This document shows positions 10,530 through 20,347 of a stretch of DNA of 64,000 bases, one piece after another (position 1 is the first letter of the stretch; each line of letters starts with the position of its first letter). The DNA comes from an uncultured Alphaproteobacteria bacterium (lineage in GTDB: Bacteria; Pseudomonadota; Alphaproteobacteria; CAAGCB01; CAG-977). The translations under genes were made by a program, and so were the position numbers. The notes beneath the pieces are model-generated. The model saw nothing but the letters and a program-made list of their open reading frames with translations. It did not search any database and was not told the DNA's origin. The DNA lies in NCBI GenBank assembly GCA_944390195.1, contig CALXOZ010000002.1:14380-78379 (forward strand), in the 5' to 3' direction.

Positions 10530-11465
10530 TTGATTAAAAATAAATATATAAAGTCTGTTTTTGCATATGGGGCAATATTTTGTTTTTTGACAGGAATGTC
10601 CGATTCCGTAATGGCGGGTGCTTTTACCGATCCGGCAGACAATGCCTATTCGTTGAAAAAAGTTTTCACCCGTCCTTATTTGCAAAATACTCCGATTCCA
10701 AAAGTGTGGCAGGTTGATGCATCTTCTCCAAATTTCAAAGGGGCTCTGCTGGATTCTCTAACACCGCAAACACAAACGGAATTGCAACTGGACTCTTTGT
10801 TACGCGAACTTGATGCTTTGGATCGTCAGAACGATTATCGGAATATGGCGGTTGTTTCACCTTTTTTTGATATGAAAGCCGTTACCCGTCTTTTAAATGA
10901 AATGGTTCCTGTCGTGGAACAGGTTCAAAGGGAAACGTTGTCCGATTTAAAAGAAGTGGAAAAACGGTCGGAAAGATATCAACAAGAAAGTTTGAAGACG
11001 GAAGAAACACAATTCAATCAGTCGTTGGTTGATTTGTCTTCTTTTTTCGCTTCTTTGAGTGAAACGGCTCGTATGGACGTGGAAATGGATTTTTTGGAAA
11101 AATCGCTTGAAGATACTTGTGAAACACAGATGCTTTTCGATTTGAACAATTCGTTTTTGTCCGAAAACATTTTAAATAAAGCCGAAAATATCCATTTGTC
11201 GGAAACTGAAGATGTGCAAATACGCAACCAGACAGAAGAAATTTTTTATTCGTTGTTGATTAACGATATGATGGATCTGTCAACGGGAATAGGGACTTTC
11301 GAACAAGATAGCTCCTTTTTTGCACCGGATGATAATAAAAATATTTCAAAATCCGCCTCTTTGCTTGACAGAACGAATAAAACTGATCAAATTCAAAATG
11401 ATGATCCTGCATCAAAAAAACAATCTTTATTTAAAAAGCTGGAAAAATTTTTAAAAAAGAAGTAA
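10530..11465 (+). CDS. hypothetical secreted acidic protein
   Basis: 311 aa. With the TTG start there is a signal peptide (KNKYIKSVFAYGAIFCFLTGMSDSVMA|GA). The mature part is acidic and low-complexity. Located 18 bp upstream of the TolC-like gene. Confidence 0.5.
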   Translation: MIKNKYIKSVFAYGAIFCFLTGMSDSVMAGAFTDPADNAYSLKKVFTRPYLQNTPIPKVWQVDASSPNFKGALLDSLTPQTQTELQLDSLLRELDALDRQNDYRNMAVVSPFFDMKAVTRLLNEMVPVVEQVQRETLSDLKEVEKRSERYQQESLKTEETQFNQSLVDLSSFFASLSETARMDVEMDFLEKSLEDTCETQMLFDLNNSFLSENILNKAENIHLSETEDVQIRNQTEEIFYSLLINDMMDLSTGIGTFEQDSSFFAPDDNKNISKSASLLDRTNKTDQIQNDDPASKKQSLFKKLEKFLKKK

Positions 11466-11482
11466 AAACTTAAGGACGTAAG

Positions 11483-13525
11483 ATGAAGAAAAAGTTGGAT
11501 ACCTTTTTAATGCAAAAGAAAATTTTGAAAAGAACGTCCTTTTTGACGGCGTCGGCAATAGCCTTATTCATAGGGGCTTGTACCGTAGAACCCGAACCGT
11601 TGAGCGATTGGGAGCGTGCCGTCCGTGTTGATCAGGATATTCAGGAAATGTTCCAAGATCAACGTTCTCAAAGGATCGTAGAACCGTTGACCTTATATGA
11701 TGCTATGGCAAGGGCTTTGAAGTATAACTTGAAAGCTCGATTGAAAATGATGCAAACGGCTTTGGCGACAAAACAATATGACAAAGTAACTTTGGATATG
11801 TTGCCACAAGTTTCTCTTGGCGCCGGTTATTCGGGCAGAAACAATTATGAAGCCGTCGTTTCAAAATCCATGCAAAACGGGCTTGTATCTCAAGATGCCG
11901 AAGCTTATAGCGCAAAAACGCACGGTGTCGCAAATGCTCAGATCAGTTGGAACATTTTGGATTTCGGCGTCAGCTATTATCAGGCAAAGCAAGACGCAAA
12001 CAACATCTTGATCGCCAAAGAACAAAGACGTAAACAAGTCCAGTCTTTGTTGCAGGAAGTACGGGCTGCTTATTGGCGGGCTCTGGCTGCTGAAAGGTTG
12101 TCCGGAAAAATCGATGATTTGATGGAAGAAGCGACATTCGTTCTGGAAAAATTACGTTCAACGGAAAACCAGACAAGCGGGGATTCAACTGTTTTGTTGA
12201 ATTATCAAATGGCGTTGATGGAAACAATGCGCGATTTGAGCGAAATGAAAAAAGAGTTGATGATCTCGCGTGAACAATTGGCCTCTTTGATGAATCTCAA
12301 ACCGGGAACACGCTACAGGTTGGTCGGACCGGAAAATGGTAATTTCGTGTTGCCGGAAATCAGATCCAGTCTGGATCGCTTGGAATGGCTCGCCTTGATG
12401 AACCGTCCGGAATTAAGAGAAGAAGATTATAAACTTCAAAACACTCGTATTGCTGCAAAAAAGGCTTTATTAAAATTATTGCCCGGTCTGAACCTTTCCA
12501 TATCGGCAAATTATGATTCCGATGACTTCCTCGCCAATAATTCATGGTTGGAAGCGGCGGCTATGTTAGGGTGGAATTTGTTAAATCCTGCTCAGATGCA
12601 ACGTACGCTGGCGTATGGCGAAGTCAAAGAAGCCGTCGATAATTTAAATCGGCAGGTCATTGCTATGACGGTTTTGACGCAAACGCATGTCGGATGGGGT
12701 AGATACCAAACAGCCAAAGAAACTTATCAATTAAGCGTCGAAATTGCCGATGTTGCCCGTAAGTTGGCAGAACAAGCGTCCGATAACGTAAAAACAGATG
12801 TTTTAGCTGAGGCGGAAAAAATATCCTCTGCCGCCAGAGCTCTGTTCGCCGAATTGCGTTCATCAATGAATTTCGCCGAATTGCAAGACGCGACAGGTTA
12901 TGTGTTTGTAACTTTGGGGTTGGATCCTTTACCGGAAAACTTCGCTTCCAGTGATATAAATTCAATTTCTTCAGCTTTGCAACGTGTCATGACGGCTTGG
13001 GATATGGGGCGTTTCACAAACGAAGATTATCCTCGTTTGCCACCTGTTCCAAGGCATAGACCGCCAGTATATATTGATGCGAAGTTCCCGGCTAAAAAGG
13101 TTACGGAAAATACACGCTTTATTGTAACAATAGATCCGAATGTCTTTGCAGAAGCCGATTTAGGGCAAGATGTCGTTTATACCGCAACTTTGAGAAATGG
13201 AGCAAAGTTGCCGTCTTGGTTGTTCTTTGATTCAAAAACGCTCACCTTGTCCGGTAGACCTCCTGCAAATTCGGAAGGAATATATGAAATAAAGATAATG
13301 GCTAAAAATAAAAAGAAAATGAGTGCCTATATCTTTATGACCATTCAGGTTCAACGCGGATACAAGACAATTCTGGATATGAGAGGGGCGGAACCCGATT
13401 CTATTGTGACAGTCATTCAACGTTGCGACGGATCCGAATTGTGTGAAGATTATCAAAATATCCGTCAAATTGATATGTTCCCGGAACCTGTAACGGTTTC
13501 TCCGTTACCAATGCCGAAAAAGTAA
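11483..13525 (+). CDS. TolC/NodT-family outer-membrane efflux lipoprotein with C-terminal cadherin-like (He_PIG/putative Ig) domain
   Basis: 680 aa. Lipobox FIGAC. Residues about 60-480 carry outer-membrane-factor repeats (LTLYDAMARALKYNL…, …LLPGLNLS…). The C-terminal about 200 aa contain 'VYTATLRNGAKLPSWLFFDSKTLTLSGRPPANSEGIYEIKIMAKN', which matches the He_PIG/dystroglycan-type cadherin-like consensus (PSWLxFDxxTxTLSGxP…GxYxIxI). Confidence 0.75.
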   Translation: MKKKLDTFLMQKKILKRTSFLTASAIALFIGACTVEPEPLSDWERAVRVDQDIQEMFQDQRSQRIVEPLTLYDAMARALKYNLKARLKMMQTALATKQYDKVTLDMLPQVSLGAGYSGRNNYEAVVSKSMQNGLVSQDAEAYSAKTHGVANAQISWNILDFGVSYYQAKQDANNILIAKEQRRKQVQSLLQEVRAAYWRALAAERLSGKIDDLMEEATFVLEKLRSTENQTSGDSTVLLNYQMALMETMRDLSEMKKELMISREQLASLMNLKPGTRYRLVGPENGNFVLPEIRSSLDRLEWLALMNRPELREEDYKLQNTRIAAKKALLKLLPGLNLSISANYDSDDFLANNSWLEAAAMLGWNLLNPAQMQRTLAYGEVKEAVDNLNRQVIAMTVLTQTHVGWGRYQTAKETYQLSVEIADVARKLAEQASDNVKTDVLAEAEKISSAARALFAELRSSMNFAELQDATGYVFVTLGLDPLPENFASSDINSISSALQRVMTAWDMGRFTNEDYPRLPPVPRHRPPVYIDAKFPAKKVTENTRFIVTIDPNVFAEADLGQDVVYTATLRNGAKLPSWLFFDSKTLTLSGRPPANSEGIYEIKIMAKNKKKMSAYIFMTIQVQRGYKTILDMRGAEPDSIVTVIQRCDGSELCEDYQNIRQIDMFPEPVTVSPLPMPKK

Positions 13526-13556
13526 TCTAAAAAAATTCTAAATTCATATATTTATA

Positions 13557-13590
13557 TCTTCTCCTGTAAAAAGCGGGAGAAGATTTTTTT
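13557..13590 (+). terminator. rho-independent terminator after the TolC-like gene
   Basis: tcttctcc-N11-ggagaaga stem followed by T7. Confidence 0.7.
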
Positions 13591-13603
13591 ATGAAAATTC
13601 ACT

Positions 13604-13788
13604 AATTCTAAAAAATATTGTGTATTTTGGGGTATCTCGATAACCTATAATAGATCTGTCTCAATCAATCGCTTCTTTTCGTTGAAAGGAAAACATTCCG
13701 CTTAATAATGTCAAGCCAGCTTGCCTTTCTATTGTGATAAAACCGAACCGATCTGTGTATAAACTCGTTTAAATTCCTTCCACAGCTT
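13604..13788. repeat. composite repeat copy 1 (unit A 106 bp directly abutting unit B 76 bp)
   Basis: A (aattctaaaaaatattgtgtattttggggtatctcgataacctataatagatctgtc…ccgcttaataat) is identical to 14568-14673. B (aagccagcttgcctttctattgtgataaaaccgaaccgatctgtgtataaactcgtttaaattccttccacagctt) is about 97% identical to 14826-14901. Confidence 0.9.
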
Positions 13789-14567
13789 TCAGATTTATTG
13801 TATATTCCCGCTTGAGGGGCGAAGGACATTTTTTTGATTCAAGTGTTTTCAGATTTATAAGTATATGAAATTCCGGTTGAGAAAGCGGTTTTCCATTTTT
13901 TTAAAGATAATGAAAATTAAACTTTCTTTGTTTTGATGCTTATAAAAAACTATTAATCTGCCAGTTTTTTTGAAATTCTTTTATTGTGAAAGCCTGTCAT
14001 ATGCCAAAATAAAAAATTTAAATTGAAATGCTGTAAACTTGGTTTATGACTTTTAGTGCTTCAGATCCTGAGGACTGAAATTCTTACAGGATATTGGTAT
14101 TAAATCACTATTTGAAATATTTTTGATTCTATATCCCTATATCAAAATCACATGGATATAACATGATAATAAAATATTTCACACAATAAATTGTATGTAA
14201 AAAATTTTAAAGACAATTTGTTTGAATGAAGCTTTATTCAAAAATATAAATCTTTTTAAGAAAGTTATTAATAAAAGAAAACATTCCTTATAAAACGTTA
14301 GTTTCTGTTTTGTGTATAACTTCCCATATTGCCATCTAGACTTGAATAGCGTTTTATTTGGCTGGATGCGTAATTTGTTACTTATAACCGTAAACAGAAA
14401 AATGTCTGATGTAGTATGTTATTCCCAACTGTTTTATATATATAAGGTATCTGGCGATGATTTATGTTTTTGTCTGCCGTATCTTTAAATACCATTGCTT
14501 TAAAACCGTTTATTGCGATATTTAAAATTCATGTTCTATTCATAGATCATCAAACTTATATTTCAGA

Positions 14568-14901
14568 AATTCTAAAAAATATTGTGTATTTTGGGGTATC
14601 TCGATAACCTATAATAGATCTGTCTCAATCAATCGCTTCTTTTCGTTGAAAGGAAAACATTCCGCTTAATAATCAACTTTAGTATGTCGTTATTTGCATC
14701 GCTGAATTTGATCGCAAGCTTTTTCCATAAAAGCGTTCTAAGACAGCGCCGACGTTCTTCTTGCAAAGACGGCGATGTATTTGGACGATCTGTCTTGAGT
14801 CTTCCATGAAAAGGTTAAGCCCGCTTGCCTTTCTATTGTGATAAAACCGAACCGATCTGTGTATAAACTCGTTTAAATTCCTTCCACAGCTTCCAGAAAG
14901 C
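14568..14901. repeat. composite repeat copy 2 (unit A and unit B split by a 152-bp unique insert)
   Basis: Same A and B units as 13604-13788, with 14674-14825 inserted between them. Both copies lie inside a 2.3-kb gene-free AT-rich block. Confidence 0.9.
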
Positions 14902-15475
14902 GTGCATAAGATATCTGCTGACCTGTTTTTATCGACGATGCGTGCTATCGCATAAGCGCTAATAACTTCGTGCAAGTTTTATACCGTACAATCATAGCCA
15001 TCTGAAAGCCATCTTTCTTTACTTTTCGGAAAATAACCTGATGATATTTCTATCAATGCTAGATTAAATTGCAGAAATCTTCGGTCTCACCGGTTGCTTA
15101 GGTCTTAAAGAAGTGTTACACACAATAGTGTGGGAGTTTTTTAGGGGGAGGGAGATGGCTATTCTTTCAATTTTCTCTAAAGTTCTTTTTTGTTTGAAGA
15201 TGGGCAATCTCAAAATGATCTTTATTATTGGTTACTTCTAACAAAACGACGGATTTTTTTGTCTGAAATGCGGATTAAAATTGTAATAAGATTTTTTCTT
15301 TGTTTCTCGGGATAACAGTGTCAGCATTATATAAACTGTAAGCTGTCATCTTTTTATAATCTTCTTTTTTAACTTCGATGTGCTGTAAAAGATGACGATC
15401 ATTGAGATGATTTTCTGAATATTTTCTCTGTTTTTTACCGTTTTTCGCCATAATATAGAGCAAACACAGCAAACA

Positions 15476-15510
15476 CATCATTCATTATAATTACTCTTGA
15501 CGTTAATGTC
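15476..15510. repeat. about 35-bp repeat D (second copy at 42866-42900)
   Basis: atcattcattataattactctt(tt)gacNtNaatgt is present in two distant gene-free regions. Confidence 0.6.
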
Positions 15511-15554
15511 TATCTGCCGGGCAGAATTTCATTCTATATCAAAAGATCGGTTTT

Positions 15555-15665
15555 GTGCGTAATTGCGAATGCGTTTAGCAACGATTTTTACGATTTTCAA
15601 TGATGTTTCCGTTAATAAAATTGCACGTTCGATATATCAGCTAAATGTCCTAAGCAGTAGGAATC
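15555..15665 (-). pseudogene. decayed fragment of the GGDEF-domain gene (paralogous to 20534-20645)
   Basis: About 110 bp alignable to the intact gene at 20534-20645 in the same orientation. Minus-strand translation gives RDS-YCLGHLADISNVQF* versus parent RDSDYLGRLADIEFAILL, with in-frame stops. Confidence 0.75.
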
Positions 15666-15693
15666 TCTTGACTATAAACTTGCCGGAATCACA

Positions 15694-15747
15694 TGCATAA
15701 AGAAGTCATGAATTTTTAATAAAAACGTATCATCTATAAATTTCCGA
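15694..15747. repeat. 54-bp perfect direct repeat C, copy 1 (flanks 15823-16521 gene)
   Basis: tgcataaagaagtcatgaatttttaataaaaacgtatcatctataaatttccga is identical to 16705-16758. Confidence 0.9.
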
Positions 15748-15822
15748 CAGGCGCGAAAGTTTCCTTATAAAAAAACAAGACCAATAATAAAATTGGTCTT
15801 GATAATAATCGATATAAATAAC

Positions 15823-16521
15823 TTAACGTCCTTTTGCAGCATTCATTGCTGCTATGTTTATAGGATTTAAAGTTTTGTTGTTCTTTTTTTCTCTTTGATC
15901 AACCGTTTTAAAGGAGCTCGGTGTAACAATTAAAAGTTCCTCTTTGACAGATTTCGGATTTTGCTTATACATTTCATATTCCTGCGCTGAAAGAGGCATG
16001 GCAATATAATAAGTCAACTTAGTTCCCGCACGTTCAGGGAAATAACCGTTGCGTTTATCCATAGCTGAATGAACATTTTGATGAATATCTCTGTTAGGCG
16101 TATTCGGAAGGGGCATCATACAACGCCAATCATGGATTGATGATAACACTTCGTTTCCGAATTGAACGGGACCCTTTTTAAAAGAACCACTGATAGCGCG
16201 CGGAAACAAATGGTGATAATTATAACCATTCGGAGTTTTTCCGTTGGCGACAAATTCAAAAATCTGTTTATCTGTCATTCCTGCTTGACGTAAACGTGAT
16301 ATTCCTTCTTTATTTTCCGATCCGTCAGGATTATAAACAGTATCTTTGAGCAACTGCGCTCTAACCTGTTTATATTCTTCATAAACCTTTTTGTTTTCTT
16401 CCGGAGATATACGAATTCCTTTTACAGGAACCCATTTGAAAACGAACTCTGGGCTATTGATGTTGTTTTGAAAAGAGGGCTTTTTTCCTTTGCTTTTGCG
16501 TTTTGTATGTATATATGTCAT
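15823..16521 (-). CDS. hypothetical protein with HH-hydrophobic-P / N…H motif (possible HNH-fold, AHH-like nuclease)
   Basis: 232 aa with a basic N-terminus. 'NGYNYHHLFPR…GNEVLSSIHDW' resembles the [A/L/S]HH-hh-P…N…H arrangement of HNH-superfamily toxin nucleases. No other homology recognised. Flanked by repeat C. Confidence 0.45.
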   Translation of the reverse strand: MTYIHTKRKSKGKKPSFQNNINSPEFVFKWVPVKGIRISPEENKKVYEEYKQVRAQLLKDTVYNPDGSENKEGISRLRQAGMTDKQIFEFVANGKTPNGYNYHHLFPRAISGSFKKGPVQFGNEVLSSIHDWRCMMPLPNTPNRDIHQNVHSAMDKRNGYFPERAGTKLTYYIAMPLSAQEYEMYKQNPKSVKEELLIVTPSSFKTVDQREKKNNKTLNPINIAAMNAAKGR

Positions 16522-16704
16522 GAATTAATTCCTTCTATTAAAAGGCATTATGACTGAAAAAAATTTTTTTGTCCAGTTTTTTGTGAAATAAAAGAAAAAT
16601 ATATGGACAAAATTTTTCAATTTGCAGTGATTATCTCATTAAAGAGAAATTAAAAAAAAAGATGAACAAATTTTATGTTTTTTAATTAAATAGAAAATTA
16701 CAAC

Positions 16705-16758
16705 TGCATAAAGAAGTCATGAATTTTTAATAAAAACGTATCATCTATAAATTTCCGA
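16705..16758. repeat. 54-bp perfect direct repeat C, copy 2
   Basis: Identical to 15694-15747. Confidence 0.9.
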
Positions 16759-17295
16759 GATATCCCGAGGTATGTGATTTTTTAAGGACATTGTAGATAC
16801 GATTGTTTCACAAGATGTCGTTTTAAAAATTCTTCTAGAACATATCAAAACAACTTGTAAAAATAACACAAGACAATCTTATCGTCCTGTTGTTGAAAAT
16901 TTTTCTTCTTGTTATTAAAAATTGGAGATATTCCATAAACATATGAGTTATGATCTTGATCAATTCAAGCTGAAATTCACTGAAGGGCTGAATGTTTATT
17001 TCCCCAACTACGGAGCAGATTGTTTTTCATAAGAAAAGTTTGTTGGGATACATCTTTTTTTATTTATATTGTATTTGTTTATTTATATACGGGAACAATC
17101 TTTGATTTAAGCTGTTGTGGTCTAGGTTCAGTTTATAATTAAAGCAATAGAAATTTGCGCTATCGTCTGAAAAAAGGATTCTGAAAAAAGGATATTGTGC
17201 CGATAAGTTAAAAAGCGCAAAAAGTTGTGAATGCGTAAAATAAAAGACTCCGGTTGAAACGGTCGGTTAAAAATTTTATGAAGGAAAAACTTTTT

Positions 17296-17323
17296 CAGGC
17301 GTGGCCGGTAAAGGCGACGCCTG
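17296..17323 (-). terminator. putative terminator hairpin downstream of pntB
   Basis: caggcgt-N14-acgcctg stem about 35 nt past the pntB stop, followed on the minus strand by gaaaaagttttt. Confidence 0.4.
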
Positions 17324-17358
17324 TTGCATAAATGTTTTTCAATATGGAATTTGTTTTT

Positions 17359-18753
17359 TTATTCTTTTAGGTAATGATTAATTTCTTCGGTGACTTTTTT
17401 TGCATCACCTAACAACATCATCGTGTTTTGAGCATAAAAGACGGGATTGTCAATACCGGAATATCCGGTTCCTTTTAATGAGCGCTTGACTATAATGACA
17501 TGATGAGCCTTTTCCACATCCAAAACGGGCATACCGAAAATAGGGCTGGAAGGGTCTGTTTTTGCCAATGGATTAGTTACGTCATTAGCTCCGATGACAT
17601 AAACGACGTCCGTTTCCGTAAAAGCTGAATTAATATCTTCAAGCTCAAAAACGTCTTCATAGGGAATTTTTGCTTCTGCCAGTAATACATTCATGTGCCC
17701 TGGCATTCGTCCTGCGACGGGATGAATGGCATATTTTACATCAATTCCGTCTTTTTTCAGTAACGTTGCCATTTCTTCCAAGCCGAACTGTGATTGGGCA
17801 ACAGCCATTCCGTACCCCGGAACGATAATCACTTTTCGAGCATTTTTTAACAAGACGGCAGCATCTTCAGCGGATCCGATATGAGCCGGTTTTTCTTCAT
17901 TTTGTGTTTCATGATCAACCTGATTTTGTTTTAATCCCGCAAACAAAACATTAAAAATCGAACGATTCATTGCTTTGCACATAATGTAGGATAAAATTGC
18001 TCCTGAAGAACCGACTAAGGCTCCGGTAATGACCAATAAACTGTTTTTAAGTGTGAAACCGATTCCCGCCGCAGCCCAACCGGAATAAGAGTTCAACATG
18101 GAAATGACGACAGGCATATCCGCTCCTCCGACAGGCAGAATAAGCAAAAAACCTAAGGCGAAGGATAATAATGTTACAATGAAAAAGGAAATTCCGGATT
18201 GCGTTTTTGTGAAATGAGCAATTAAGATGATCAAGACAATACATAATGCAATATTCAAGATGGATTGTCCTTTGAAGCGAAGTGGTTTTCCAGACAACAG
18301 CCCTTGCAACTTTGCGAAAGCGACGACCGATCCAGAAAACGTCAAAGCACCGATAGCAACGCCTAAAGCCATTTCAATCAAGCTTGAAACAGCTATGGCA
18401 CCGGATGATCCTATACCGTAAGTGCTTGGAGACAAAAACGAAGCCCAAGCCACAAAGACGGCTGCCAATCCGACCAAGCTGTGGAAAGCGGCGACCAATT
18501 GGGGAAGGGCGGTCATCGCTATGCGTTTTGCAATGATCAATCCGATTACGGCACCGATTGCAATGGCGGCAATGATAAAGCTGTAAGATGAAACAACAGG
18601 AGAAAATAAAGTGGCACAAACAGCGATGATCATTCCCGCTATGCCAAAGACGTTTCCCTTGATTGCTGTTTTAGGCGATGATAATCCGCGCAAGGAAAGA
18701 ATGAAAAAAACAGCGGAAATCAGGTAAAGAAAAGCGCTATAATTGACGGTCAT
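17359..18753 (-). CDS. pntB: NAD(P) transhydrogenase subunit beta
   Basis: 464 aa. N-terminal polytopic membrane domain plus C-terminal NADP(H)-binding dIII (…VIIVPGYGMAVAQ…GANDVTNP…). Confidence 0.92.
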   Translation of the reverse strand: MTVNYSAFLYLISAVFFILSLRGLSSPKTAIKGNVFGIAGMIIAVCATLFSPVVSSYSFIIAAIAIGAVIGLIIAKRIAMTALPQLVAAFHSLVGLAAVFVAWASFLSPSTYGIGSSGAIAVSSLIEMALGVAIGALTFSGSVVAFAKLQGLLSGKPLRFKGQSILNIALCIVLIILIAHFTKTQSGISFFIVTLLSFALGFLLILPVGGADMPVVISMLNSYSGWAAAGIGFTLKNSLLVITGALVGSSGAILSYIMCKAMNRSIFNVLFAGLKQNQVDHETQNEEKPAHIGSAEDAAVLLKNARKVIIVPGYGMAVAQSQFGLEEMATLLKKDGIDVKYAIHPVAGRMPGHMNVLLAEAKIPYEDVFELEDINSAFTETDVVYVIGANDVTNPLAKTDPSSPIFGMPVLDVEKAHHVIIVKRSLKGTGYSGIDNPVFYAQNTMMLLGDAKKVTEEINHYLKE

Positions 18754-18757
18754 GTTT

Positions 18758-19180
18758 TTATCCTTTTTTCTTTTTGAACAAAGAAAGCATTCTTTCCGTT
18801 ACGGCAAAACCGCCAAAGATATTGATGCTGGCAAGCAAAACCGCTAAGAAACCGAGAAATTTAGAAACGGAAAAACTTTCAGGTCCGGCAGCAATTAAAG
18901 CGCCGACAATGATTACCGACGAAATGGCATTTGTCACAGACATCAAAGGCGAATGAAGGGCAGGGGTGACTTTCCATATGATATAGTATCCGACAAAGCA
19001 TGCCAAAACGAAAACGGTAAGCAAAAAAACAAAATCGTTCCCGCTGACAGACGATGAATTTAAAATATGTTCCGTGAGGTTCTGCAGATGTGTTCGAGCA
19101 TTTTCCAACTGTTGAGTTGCTTGTGACACACTTTGAGTAACAGCATTAAGTTCTTCTGTAACATTACCGGGCATTTGCAT
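18758..19180 (-). CDS. pntAB: NAD(P) transhydrogenase subunit alpha part 2 (membrane)
   Basis: 140 aa with about 4 TMs. Three-gene pntAA-pntAB-pntB arrangement is typical of alphaproteobacteria. Confidence 0.8.
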   Translation of the reverse strand: MQMPGNVTEELNAVTQSVSQATQQLENARTHLQNLTEHILNSSSVSGNDFVFLLTVFVLACFVGYYIIWKVTPALHSPLMSVTNAISSVIIVGALIAAGPESFSVSKFLGFLAVLLASINIFGGFAVTERMLSLFKKKKG

Positions 19181-20294
19181 TCCCTCCTAATAAGATTTTT
19201 CCGTCTTTTACGACACAGGTGGCGCGATAAATTTCATCATCAAAATTTATAGTGACGCTTAAATCGTCTTTTTTAATCATCGGGGTGATAAAATTGTAAA
19301 TATTCTTTGAAAACAAAAGGCTGGAAGTTGAACTTAATCTGGATGCTGCATTGGATTGTCCCAAAACAATTACACCATCGACAATATTTGTCTGACCATA
19401 TATGGTTTCAGTGCAATTTCCTCCCTGCTGTGCCGCAAGATCAAAAATGACACTTCCCTTTTTCATTAAACTCAACATATCCCGTGTAATTAAAACAGGA
19501 GCTTTTTTGCCCGGTACTAAAGCGGTGGTAATAACAATATCCATTTTTGATATGACGCTTTTTAAGGCTTGATATTGGTTTTGACGGGATTGTTCGTCTA
19601 ATTCCTTGGCATAAACAGTGTTGTCAGAGTTTTGTTGGATATGTTCTATTTCCAGAAACTTTGCCCCTAAAGATTCAACCTGTTCTTTTACCGTTGGTCG
19701 GACGTCAAAAGCCGTTACAACAGCTCCAAGACGTTTTGCCGTGGCGATGGCCTGTAATCCGGCGACACCCGCCCCAAGAACCAACACCTGAGCCGGAGAA
19801 ACCGTTCCGGCGGCTGTCATCATCATCGGAACGGCGCGTTTATAGGCGTTTATTGCATCAAGAACGGCTTTATATCCGGCTAAATTGCTTTGTGATGACA
19901 GGACATCCATATTTTGCGCTCTGGAAATACGGGGTAACAATTCCAAGGCAAAGCAGGTTAGTCCTGTTTTTGCGGCATGAGTTAATGTTTCTGGATTGGT
20001 TAAAGCATCCATCAAACAAACCAAAACAGCCTTTGGCGGCATAAAATGAATTTCCTCGATCGTTGGTGGCTGAATTTTTATAATGATATCAGATTGTTCT
20101 ACTGTTGAATTAAAGCTATCTTTTAAAATTGCGCCTGCATTTTGAAACTCTTCGTCCGATATTTCAGAGGCTATTCCCGCGTCTGTTTGAATGACGACGG
20201 AAATCCCAGTTTGTGTTAATTTTTTTACAGTTTCAGGTGATGCAGCAACGCGAAATTCACCTTCTGCGGATTCTTTTGGAACAGCTATTTTCAT
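19164..20294 (-). CDS. pntAA: NAD(P) transhydrogenase subunit alpha part 1 (dI, NAD(H)-binding)
   Basis: 376 aa. Alanine-dehydrogenase/PNT N- and C-domains. '[22 protein letters not shown]' Rossmann motif. Confidence 0.9.
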   Translation of the reverse strand: MKIAVPKESAEGEFRVAASPETVKKLTQTGISVVIQTDAGIASEISDEEFQNAGAILKDSFNSTVEQSDIIIKIQPPTIEEIHFMPPKAVLVCLMDALTNPETLTHAAKTGLTCFALELLPRISRAQNMDVLSSQSNLAGYKAVLDAINAYKRAVPMMMTAAGTVSPAQVLVLGAGVAGLQAIATAKRLGAVVTAFDVRPTVKEQVESLGAKFLEIEHIQQNSDNTVYAKELDEQSRQNQYQALKSVISKMDIVITTALVPGKKAPVLITRDMLSLMKKGSVIFDLAAQQGGNCTETIYGQTNIVDGVIVLGQSNAASRLSSTSSLLFSKNIYNFITPMIKKDDLSVTINFDDEIYRATCVVKDGKILLGGNANAR

Positions 20295-20347
20295 AGAAGA
20301 CCGTCTCCTTTTTGTTTAATTGAACGGGCGGTACTTCTGTACCTGTT

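Noticed and set aside
13604-14901. Possibility that repeats A/B are a CRISPR array
   Set aside because: There are only two copies. The units are 76-106 bp, not 24-48 bp. The spacer is 780 bp and there are no cas genes.
14679-14975. 98-aa minus-strand ORF in the gene-free block
   Set aside because: It spans repeat unit B and its unique insert, has no motifs and no RBS, and is most likely a chance ORF created by the repeat.
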